DNA of 64,000 bases. It comes from a virus (lineage: Duplodnaviria; Caudoviricetes). The stretch covers positions 20,959 through 84,958 of IMG/VR virus record IMGVR_UViG_2847060657_000007; one strand, given 5' to 3'. Below are positions 39,506-47,802 of the stretch, piece by piece (within the stretch, counting starts at the first letter, position 1; each line of letters starts with the position of its first letter). The notes beneath the pieces were generated by a model. That model was not told the DNA's origin. It made no database searches and worked only from the letters and a program-made list of their open reading frames with translations. The position numbers and the translations under genes are program-made.

Positions 39506-39737
39506 TGGTGGACACGACGGGATTCGAACCCGCATCTGTGCTGTTACTGCCATTTTTAGTCGTACAGCCGAGCAGTCTTATTGGAAACGCGCGCCAGTAG
39601 TAGACCATTTGCCATAGCCAGTACCTGCATCTGCAACCGTACCAAGACCCCCGCTTGCGAACAACACCCAGTTTTACCCAGACTACCCAAGACCCAATCG
39701 TTTTTGGTAGCGTCGCCCCCTGTATGACAGCGTGCCC
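39506..39737 (-). ncRNA. 232-nt tmRNA-like tRNA-mimic RNA upstream of rsr
   Basis: 5' GGGCACG pairs with 3' CGTGTCC-A-CCA (G3.U70, A73); T arm GCGGG-TTCGAAT-CCCGT; no anticodon arm. Confidence 0.75.
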
Positions 39738-39750
39738 GTATTTATCATTA

Positions 39751-39766
39751 TCCAAATCTTGTGCCA
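39751..39766 (-). promoter_or_regulatory. sigma54 (-24/-12) promoter
   Basis: TGGCAC-AAGAT-TTGGA (one mismatch to TTGCW); predicted start lies about 3 nt before the ncRNA 5' end; divergent bEBP rtcR. Confidence 0.7.
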
Positions 39767-39871
39767 ACTTGGGAAATTTTGGGAAAAATAGTTTTTAAGT
39801 AATTGATTTTTAATGGATTAAAATTTTAACATTGGAGAAATTTTAGTATTGGCTTGTAAAAATTTTGGGAA

Positions 39872-39895
39872 AAATCTATAATATTAGATAGATTT
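39872..39895. promoter_or_regulatory. Candidate RtcR upstream activating sequence
   Basis: AAATCTAT-N8-ATAGATTT about 105-130 bp upstream of the -24 box; a 15-bp direct repeat AATTTTGGGAAAAAT also at 39775 and 39861. Confidence 0.4.
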
Positions 39896-39921
39896 ATATT
39901 TTTTTATTCTAGGTAATTTTA

Positions 39922-40080
39922 ATGGAAAATTTAGAAAATGATAAAATCACAACCCAAAATCAAGGGCGTTTTGATGATGTTTTTGGCATTTTAACCGCCA
40001 CAACAGGGGCGAGTGTTGAAGAAATGAACGAAGCCATTATTGAAAGTGCGTGTGAATTTAACAAAGATTTGGAAGATTAA
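39922..40080 (+). CDS. 52-aa small ORF resembling the C-terminal half of AbrB/VapB antitoxins
   Basis: Manual translation MENLENDKITTQNQGRFDDVFGILTATTGASVEEMNEAIIESACEFNKDLED; stop lies 2 nt before the rtcR ATG. Confidence 0.55.
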   Translation: MENLENDKITTQNQGRFDDVFGILTATTGASVEEMNEAIIESACEFNKDLED

Positions 40081-40082
40081 TA

Positions 40083-41669
40083 ATGAAAAAATCGGTCATG
40101 CTTGGCTTTTTGGGTACGGTGCTGGACGATGGATTTAGCCAAAGACGGCACGCCAAATGGCGACCGAATGTCAATGTGCATAGGGTAATGGCGTTTGACC
40201 GTGTGGAGCTGTTTATTTCGCCAAAATATCTGGCACTTGCCGAGCAAGTGGTGGCGGACATTAAGGAGATTCGCCCAGAAATCACGGTCAATTTGGTGGA
40301 TATACCCCTTGACAATCCGTGGGATTTTGGCGAAGTGTATGAAAAATTAGCAAGTTGGGCGGACAGCTATCCTTTTGATATTGAACAAGAAAATTATTTT
40401 ACCCACATTACCACAGGCACGCACGTTGCCCAGATTTGCCTGTTTTTATTGGTGGAAAGCCGCCAAATTCCAAGCCTACTTTTGCAGACCGCTCCGCCCA
40501 AAGACAGCCCTTGCCAAGTGGAGACGATTGATTTGGATTTGGCTCGTTATGATGCCCTAGCCAGTCGCCTAAGCAAGGTCAAGGACGATGCGGTGCGGTT
40601 TTTGAAAACCGACATTGCCACCAAAAACCCCACCTTTAACGCCCTAATCGGGCAAATTGAACAAGTGGCGATGGGTTCAAAGTCGCCCATGCTGATTATG
40701 GGGGCGACTGGGGCGGGCAAATCGCAACTGGCACGGCGAATTTATGAGCTTAAAAAGGCTCGGCATTTGGTGGCGGGGCGGTTTGTGGAAGTCAATTGTG
40801 CAACTTTGCGGGGCGATATGGCGTATTCGGCTCTGTTTGGGCATAAAAAAGGGGCGTTTACGGGGGCGATGACGGCACGGGACGGCTATCTTTTGACCGC
40901 TCATCAGGGCGTGCTGTTTTTGGACGAGATTGGCGAGCTTGGGGCGGACGAACAGGCGATGCTTTTGACTGCGTTGGAAGACAAACGCTTTTATCCGATG
41001 GGATCGGATACGCCTGTACACAGCGATTTTTGGCTCATTGCAGGGACAAATAAGGATTTGAAAGCGTGTGTGCGGGCGGGAACATTTCGGGAAGATTTGT
41101 ACGCCCGTATCAATGTTTGGCAATACACCCTGCCCGCCCTAAAAAACCGCAAGGAAGACATCGCCCCCAACATCGCCTATCAGCTTGACATTGCAGGCTT
41201 TGAGCTTGGGCGGAAAGTGCGGTTTGGCAAGGAGGCGTATGAGCGGTATTTGGCGTTTTGTATGAGTGATGGGGCGGTTTGGCGGGGCAATTTTCGGGAT
41301 TTATCGGCGAGTATTTTACGCCTTGCGACTTTGGCAAATGATGGCAAAATCAATGAAAAATTGGTTAATGATGAAATTGGGCGTTTAAAAGAATTATGGG
41401 CGGACGATGATAATCAACTTGACAAAAAGTCCAATATTAATATTAACCCCGAATTGTTAAATAAAATCAATGCCCAACATTTAGATGAATTTGATAAAAT
41501 GCAATTATTAAATGTCATTAAACTTTGCCAATCCCACCCCACGATGGCAAGTGCAGGACGGGCATTGTTTAATCATTCACGGCTGGATAAGGCAAGTGGT
41601 AATGATAGCGATAGATTAAGGAAATATTTGAGGAAGTTTGGGGTGAGTTGGGGGGAGATTAAGGGGTAA
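40083..41669 (+). CDS. rtcR: RNA repair transcriptional activator RtcR (CARF-AAA+ sigma54 bEBP-HTH)
   Basis: GFLGTVLD...WRPNV, HITTGTHVAQICLFLL, GATGAGKS, GAFTGA, NDSDRLRKYL. Confidence 0.95.
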   Translation: MKKSVMLGFLGTVLDDGFSQRRHAKWRPNVNVHRVMAFDRVELFISPKYLALAEQVVADIKEIRPEITVNLVDIPLDNPWDFGEVYEKLASWADSYPFDIEQENYFTHITTGTHVAQICLFLLVESRQIPSLLLQTAPPKDSPCQVETIDLDLARYDALASRLSKVKDDAVRFLKTDIATKNPTFNALIGQIEQVAMGSKSPMLIMGATGAGKSQLARRIYELKKARHLVAGRFVEVNCATLRGDMAYSALFGHKKGAFTGAMTARDGYLLTAHQGVLFLDEIGELGADEQAMLLTALEDKRFYPMGSDTPVHSDFWLIAGTNKDLKACVRAGTFREDLYARINVWQYTLPALKNRKEDIAPNIAYQLDIAGFELGRKVRFGKEAYERYLAFCMSDGAVWRGNFRDLSASILRLATLANDGKINEKLVNDEIGRLKELWADDDNQLDKKSNININPELLNKINAQHLDEFDKMQLLNVIKLCQSHPTMASAGRALFNHSRLDKASGNDSDRLRKYLRKFGVSWGEIKG

Positions 41670-41677
41670 TTTGGGGG

Positions 41678-41704
41678 TGTAAGGTGCGTAATACGCACCT
41701 TACA
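41678..41704. repeat. REP-type palindrome
   Basis: TGTAAGGTGCGTA-A-TACGCACCTTACA. Confidence 0.7.
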
Positions 41705-41706
41705 AA

Positions 41707-42151
41707 TCAACAAAGAACCACATTTAATTTTCTTTCTTTTAAAATATCAACAATGATGTCTTTTTCTTTAAAATTACTTTCATTAAAATCACACCAATAG
41801 ACAGTAATATCCTTAACGCCAAAAATATCAAAACAATCATCAAATCCATCTAAGTCAGAACCAAAATACCCACCAATACCCACCAATACCCACCAATTGT
41901 TCAGAAAAATAACATAAAAATGAATTTTTGCTTTGTATGTCTTTGCCAGAAATGTGAATGGTTTGGTTGTATTTATGATGTTTTCTATTATAATAATAAC
42001 AAGCCCTTAGCCACTCATATTTTTCTTGTTCTGAATAATTAATCCAGCACTTTTGTTGTTGTTTTATCATCTTATTTATGTGATACAATAATTTATCATG
42101 AGAAATCCCACTTTCATCATTGATAAAATATTCTTCCAATAAAACTTTCAT
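41707..42151 (-). pseudogene. Barstar-family immunity gene frameshifted by a 10-bp tandem duplication
   Basis: Removing one CACCAATACC unit (41865-41897) gives a 144-aa ORF containing GIGGYFGSDLDGFDDC. Confidence 0.8.
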
Positions 42152-42240
42152 GTAATGCTCCATTTTACAGCAAACATTCTTCACTAACAAAAAGAAACAC
42201 AAAAACCAAAAATTAAAGTGTTTGCCTTATCAATTAAAAA

Positions 42241-42675
42241 TCAACCAAAAACCAAATTGATAAAATTATGTTCGTATAACTCATTGTTTTTATCAATACA
42301 AATTTTACTGACAAATAAATAATCAATCCAATCCGTATTTGGCAATAGGCTATTTAATTCATTAACAATTTGGGTTTCTGATTTTTCTTGAAAAATTTTT
42401 TTAATAAATCATTTACCAAAGAAATCACATATTGATTTCTTTGGCACTCATCGGACAGCTGGTATTCTTGAATTTTTTCAAAAAAATTTATGGGCAATAA
42501 AACCACCATCTGAGTCAATATAATCATTACTCCAAAAGATATAACCACTCCATTTTGGGTCAATAATCAATTTATCAAGTTCATGATGTATTTCATTACC
42601 CCGCTCTTCGCTATGATTACCACCCACAAGTTCATTAATTAACTGTGTAATTTTTTCTTTTTGAATGGCGTTCAT
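42241..42675 (-). pseudogene. Two-domain colicin/pyocin-type immunity gene, frameshifted
   Basis: ELDKLIIDPKWSGYIFWSND and ELNSLLPNTDWIDYLFVSK repeats lie in different frames. Confidence 0.55.
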
Positions 42676-42700
42676 AGCTTTATCCAATCATTATCACAAA

Positions 42701-43459
42701 TCACCCCAACACCCCCTGCACACCCTGCCAACCAACCTTCACCCCAAGTCCGACCAGCACCCACAGGATAAGTGTGCGAAATTTGGCGGACGGCAGGCGT
42801 TTGCCAAGCCTTGCCCCGATGACAATGCCAAGCACCGACAGCACGGTTAAGCCGATTATCATCGTCCAAGTTTGGGTAGGCACTTCTAATAAAACTTCTT
42901 TTAAAACAATGGCTTGTACCAATTTATTGACAAAATAACACAAATTCCCAACTTTGATAATCGTGTCCTTATCATCGGTCATTGAAAGTAGATACATCAA
43001 AAGCACGGACGACATCGCATTGGTTGCCCCGCCGACCACGCCTGCCACAAAGCCAATCACCACAAGCGATGTGGTGGTGTTGGGTAGGACGATTTTTTTA
43101 CCCATCAGACTCGTTGTGGCATACCACAGCACCACCACCGCCAAGGCAAGCATCAGATAAGCAGAATTAACCACCAGAAGCAAATACGCCCCCAACGCAC
43201 TGCCAAGAATGGACACCACGACCAGCGACCAATATTTTTTAAGATAAAAAGTGGCGTTGTGCCATACACCGCCTGAGCCACCGACCCACGCAATCAGATT
43301 AAGCACCGCCGTTGGTACAAGAACAAGGACAATGGCAGAAGTCAGCCCATAGACCCCCGACAACGCCCCAATGGTAATCAGCGGAAAGCCCATACCCGCA
43401 ATGCCGTGTAGTAGGCTTGCAATGATAAATAATGGAATAAGCCAGAGTTCAAATTTCAT
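42701..43459 (-). CDS. Sulfite exporter TauE/SafE (TSUP) family protein
   Basis: HGIAGMGFP motif; multiple TM helices. Confidence 0.85.
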   Translation of the reverse strand: MKFELWLIPLFIIASLLHGIAGMGFPLITIGALSGVYGLTSAIVLVLVPTAVLNLIAWVGGSGGVWHNATFYLKKYWSLVVVSILGSALGAYLLLVVNSAYLMLALAVVVLWYATTSLMGKKIVLPNTTTSLVVIGFVAGVVGGATNAMSSVLLMYLLSMTDDKDTIIKVGNLCYFVNKLVQAIVLKEVLLEVPTQTWTMIIGLTVLSVLGIVIGARLGKRLPSAKFRTLILWVLVGLGVKVGWQGVQGVLG

Positions 43460-43483
43460 AAAAATCCTTTTAATAAAATATTA

Positions 43484-44139
43484 GGTAGTAATCCAAAAAG
43501 TATGCTATAACAAAAACTAAAAAGACAACTTGCACAAAAGTTGGTAATTTACGGTTATGAAGACACAAATTACCATTACTTGCCCAAGTTGCCTGTCGGT
43601 TAGTATAAAGAAAAATGGCATAGAAAGCTATGGCAAACAGAGCTATTTTTGCAAAGATTGTCATAGACAGTTTGTTCATCATTTACAGCTTACTGACAAA
43701 GGTTGTCAATCTTACATCAATGACAAAATACGCTTAATGTCAGCTTGTGGTTGTCGTATTGCTGACATTGTGATACTTGAACAAGTCAGTAAGGGTAAAG
43801 TATTTAGCGTGCTTGCAAACAGTAATCACCAAATCAAACCAAGACAAAAGCATTACAATACCTTAAAGATAGATGAGTTTAGGTATGAGTTTTAACAAAA
43901 TTGCTTGTGATGATTGGGACAGCTTTCTTGTTGCTTTTAAGCACTCTATCAAACAAGTGGGCAAACGCTTTACCGTTGGTATTGAAGGCAACAACACAAG
44001 GCTTAGAGCCTTTGTTAGGCGAGCATTTAGAAAAACGTGTTGTTTCTCTAAAAACCTAACCAATCATCTTAAAGCATTTGACTTGGTGTTTCATTATATC
44101 AACCATGGGTGGGTGTAGCATACTTTTTGGGCTAGAGAC
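43484..44139 (+). mobile_element. IS1-family element with internal deletion
   Basis: CPSC...KKNG...CKDC zinc finger; IEGNNTRLR; IRs share CCAAAAAGTATGCTA; 8-bp TSD AAATATTA. Confidence 0.85.
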
Positions 44140-44149
44140 AAATATTAAA

Positions 44150-45370
44150 TTACCCACCCAACAGCTCTCCAATACACCCCACAAGCCCCTTAGCAATGTT
44201 ATCCTTACTCATTTTTGCCAAATTGACCTTATCAAGCCCATATTCTGACGCAAAAAACACCGTCATCGCATTGTCATCAGACCCAAAGCCAATCGTCTTA
44301 TCCGAGACATCATTGACTGCAATCATATCCAAATTTTTGGCGATGAGTTTGCCTTTGGCATAATTTTCCACATCGTTGGTCTCGGCAGCAAAACCAACGG
44401 TCAAAAGGTGCGGATAAGTAGTGGAAATTGTCGCCAGCACATCGGGGTTTTTGACAAGATGCAAGGTTAAGCCGTCATTATCAGCGGTTTTTTTGAGTTT
44501 TTGCGTGGCAATATTGGCAACCTTAAAATCCGCCACAGCCGCCGTAGCGATAAAAATATCCGCCTTTTCACAAACCTGTAAACACGCCTGTAACATCTCG
44601 TCCGCTGTGCCTATCGTGCGTTTTTGCGCCCCCAAAGGCGTGGGTAGATTGACCTTCGCCCCTGCCACGATGGTGACTGTTGCCCCTGCACCCACGCACG
44701 CTTTTGCCAGAGCATAGCCCATTTTGCCTGTGGAGTGGTTGGATAGGTAGCGGACGGGGTCAATGGGTTCTAGCGTTGCCCCTGCCGTGATGACGACCGT
44801 TTTGCCCGCCAAAGTTTGGGCGGTGTTTTGAATGGTTAAAAATTGGTCAATCTGCTCGCATAAACTCTCTGGCTCGGGCAATCGCCCCGCCCCGACATCA
44901 CCACACGCCTGCTCACCGCTGTCGGGGGCAATGATAGTAAAGCCAAAACGGGCAAGTTTGGCTAAATTATCTTGCACAATGGCGTTGCCCCACATCGCTT
45001 GGTTCATCGCAGGGGCGAGCATTACAGGGGCGGTGGTGGCAAGAATGACATTGGTGACAAGGTTGTCCGCCAAGCCGTTTGCCAGCTTGCCAATGGTGTT
45101 GGCACTTGCAGGGGCAATGACGACCAAATCCGCCCATTTGGCAAGCTCAATATGCCCCATTCCCTTTTCGGCTTGTGCGTCCAAAAGCTCGGTGTGGACT
45201 TCGTTGCCCGTCAAGGCTTGGAGAGTCAAAGGCGTGATAAACTCACAAGCCGAAGGGGTCATCATCACACGCACTTGGTGTCCGCTTTTGATAAGTAGGC
45301 GTGCCAAAATGGCGGATTTGTAGGCGGAAATCCCGCCTGTTATGGCAAGTAGGATATTTTTGGGGGTCAT
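44150..45370 (-). CDS. coaBC: Bifunctional phosphopantothenoylcysteine decarboxylase/synthase
   Basis: ITGGISAYK, HIELAKWAD, APAMN, DPVRYLSNHSTGKMG, VGFAAET. Confidence 0.97.
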   Translation of the reverse strand: MTPKNILLAITGGISAYKSAILARLLIKSGHQVRVMMTPSACEFITPLTLQALTGNEVHTELLDAQAEKGMGHIELAKWADLVVIAPASANTIGKLANGLADNLVTNVILATTAPVMLAPAMNQAMWGNAIVQDNLAKLARFGFTIIAPDSGEQACGDVGAGRLPEPESLCEQIDQFLTIQNTAQTLAGKTVVITAGATLEPIDPVRYLSNHSTGKMGYALAKACVGAGATVTIVAGAKVNLPTPLGAQKRTIGTADEMLQACLQVCEKADIFIATAAVADFKVANIATQKLKKTADNDGLTLHLVKNPDVLATISTTYPHLLTVGFAAETNDVENYAKGKLIAKNLDMIAVNDVSDKTIGFGSDDNAMTVFFASEYGLDKVNLAKMSKDNIAKGLVGCIGELLGG

Positions 45371-45411
45371 TGGCTTAAAGGTAAATTGAAAATGGGCTAT
45401 TTTAGCATAAA

Positions 45412-45753
45412 TTGGCGGTGTTTGCCATTTGGGGGGATTTTATTTATAATGGGAATAAATTTTTGGGAGCAATTACAATACAAGTTACCGCTGTTATTCA
45501 AAATAATACTTTAATTATTCCTAATGTGGATTTGTCGCAGTTAAAGCTATTGGCTGATGAAAATGGATTAATTTGTTTTGATTTACCAATTTTGGATAGG
45601 GTTAAACCCACCCAAGCCGAAATACCCAAGCCAAGCAAAAAACTGTCTTTGGCTGAATTGTTGGCAAAAAAGACCATTAAATCCGATATTGTAGCAACCG
45701 TTGAAGAAATGAATGAGAGTATTGGGCAAGTGTATGCTAATAAAATAAATTAA
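45412..45753 (+). CDS. Small hypothetical protein, antitoxin-like C-terminus
   Basis: ATVEEMNESI resembles the 39922 ORF; true start uncertain. Confidence 0.45.
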   Translation: MAVFAIWGDFIYNGNKFLGAITIQVTAVIQNNTLIIPNVDLSQLKLLADENGLICFDLPILDRVKPTQAEIPKPSKKLSLAELLAKKTIKSDIVATVEEMNESIGQVYANKIN

Positions 45754-45762
45754 AGAATTGAG

Positions 45763-45827
45763 CGTAGGGTGCGTATTATGCACCAATTATAAATAATCTC
45801 AAAATCGGTGCATAATACACACCTACG
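45763..45827. repeat. Inverted REP doublet (REPIN-like)
   Basis: CGTAGGGTGCGTATTATGCACC...GGTGCATAATACACACCTACG; GTAG-type REP; a related hairpin at 46884-46920. Confidence 0.7.
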
Positions 45828-45969
45828 GCTTGTGGTATTTTAGGGTTAATTTGTTATATAGTCGTATTTATTAATGACTTGTCATTGTCAAATTGCAAAT
45901 CATTTGCTTGTGATGACTTTTGATAAAAAAGCGTCTAAGTATTTGAATTTTGAACTATTGGAGTAACTT

Positions 45970-46880
45970 ATGAAAAAGTTGGCAATATTATTTTTAATAT
46001 CACTAATTGGCAGTTTGTCCTTTTTAACCGCCAACGCCAAAATTGTCAATTCTCTTAGTGAAGTACCAAAAGCCATCACAAGCAAAGAAATTCAAAATCA
46101 CTATGACGAACAAATGCACGGCATTTTTAAAGACCAATTTTCGGCATTGTCTCGTCAAAATAAAGATGTAACGCCTTTTTAAAATTGATTGGACATTCTA
46201 CCGATACCGAAAAATTAGCGTTATTGGGTGTGCGTGCTTGGAATAACAATCAATACATCATTACCGCTTGTTCTTATCATCAAGCGGTTGATTGGCAATA
46301 TGAAGAACACACTCTTTATGCCAATTGTGAAAGCGATGATTTGGCGATGATTACATTGGCAGTTGCCCAAAAAGACAATAATGGGCAATGGCAATTATCC
46401 GCCAAACCTTATCAAGAAAAATTTAGCCAAACTTTTAATGAACAAAAAATCAATCAATCGTCTTTTGCCATTAACAGCATTATTGATGACAATAAAACCA
46501 TTGGCACTTTGGATAGAATAGACACCGCCAATTATCAATTAAATGACAGCACAAAAGCATTTGGCATACGCTTTAAAACTTTTGCAGGATTTTCAGGCGG
46601 TGGGATTAGCAGTCAAGCGATGACTTTATTTGCGGTGATTAACGGTCAATTAACACCCATTTTAACTGCTCCCACTTATTATTTTGAAGACCTTGCAGGC
46701 AGTTGGAATGATGACGGCACTCGCCAGCACCATATTGAACAATCGGAACATATTTTAATTTCATCCAAACAAAAAACCAAAGGATTTTATGATATTATTT
46801 ATAAAGAAAAAGGCAAGGCAAAATCAGCAAATATCATTTATCGTTGGAATGATAAATTATTAGAATACCAAAGCAAATAA
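45970..46880 (+). pseudogene. Secreted PA3715-like protein split by a frameshift
   Basis: Signal peptide ORF 45970-46182 joins 46185-46880 if the T5 run at 46176-46180 were T6; IDTANYQL...AFGIR motif. Confidence 0.65.
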
Positions 46881-46939
46881 TACTACGCACCATTTAATTT
46901 TTTAAGTTAAGTGGTGCGTATTATAGCCATTTTTACAAA

Positions 46940-47689
46940 TCAAAAGAAAACATATTTCACCACCATACAAAAACACACCACCACAATCACAGGGCGGATA
47001 AATTTTGCCCCGCCTTTAACCACAAAATGACTGCCCAAAAATGCCCCAATGATTTGCCCGACCATCATCACAAGCCCCACCACCCAAACAATCTGCCCAC
47101 CAATGATAAAAAATATCAAACTGGCAAAATTGGTGGCAAAGTTTAACAGTTTCGCCCGAGCGGTGGCTTGTATCAATTCACGCCCACGCAAAACCACCTG
47201 CGACAGACTAAAAAATGTCCCCGTTGCAGGTCCAAAATAGCCATCATAAAAGCCAATCAAGGGGGCAATGGTACGCTCGTAGGTTTTTTGGCTCATTTTG
47301 GGGGTGGTTTGAAGTTTGCCCAAATTGGGCGAAAACAGCGTATAAAGCCCCACCAGCCCAATGACAAAGGGCAACGCCTTTTTTAGAAAATCAGGGGGCG
47401 AGAGCTGTACTAAAATCGTCCCTACGCCTGAGCCAACAAAGGCAAAGACAAGAGCAATTTTCATCATTTTGGGGTGAATCAGCCCCTTTTTTATCATTGC
47501 AAGGCTTGCCGAGAATGACCCTGCACAGGCTTGTAATTTGTTGGTGGCAAGCACCGCCACAGGGTTCATGCCTGTCAAAAGCAAAGCAGGAATGGTCAAA
47601 AGCCCGCCCCCGCCTGCAATGGCATCAATAAAGCCTGCAAATAACGCCACAAAAAAGAGTATGGAAATAAGCTGAGTGGTGAGTTCCAT
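46940..47689 (-). CDS. TSUP family transporter (YfcA-like)
   Basis: AGFIDAIAGGGGLLTIP, ATNKLQ, GFYDGYFGP. Confidence 0.9.
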   Translation of the reverse strand: MELTTQLISILFFVALFAGFIDAIAGGGGLLTIPALLLTGMNPVAVLATNKLQACAGSFSASLAMIKKGLIHPKMMKIALVFAFVGSGVGTILVQLSPPDFLKKALPFVIGLVGLYTLFSPNLGKLQTTPKMSQKTYERTIAPLIGFYDGYFGPATGTFFSLSQVVLRGRELIQATARAKLLNFATNFASLIFFIIGGQIVWVVGLVMMVGQIIGAFLGSHFVVKGGAKFIRPVIVVVCFCMVVKYVFF

Positions 47690-47802
47690 GTCATTAGCCC
47701 AAAATTCTTATTTTAACAAAAAATGACTGAATTTTGTAAATTTATGTTAAAATGACGTGTTTTTTGTTTAAAATCATGCTTTTGCACATCATAGGACTTG
47801 TT

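Noticed and set aside
39506-39535. tRNA-like 3' end as a mere att scar or a normal tRNA gene
   Set aside because: A perfectly matching 5' acceptor strand sits at the predicted transcription start 232 nt away, and no D/anticodon cloverleaf of normal size can be drawn.
39483-39767. 94-aa Trp-rich ORF over the ncRNA
   Set aside because: It starts inside the sigma54 box with no RBS, and the Trp codons arise from TGGG repeats; the RNA structure explains the sequence better.
43470-43682. 70-aa hydrophobic ORF
   Set aside because: Lies antisense within the IS1 left end.
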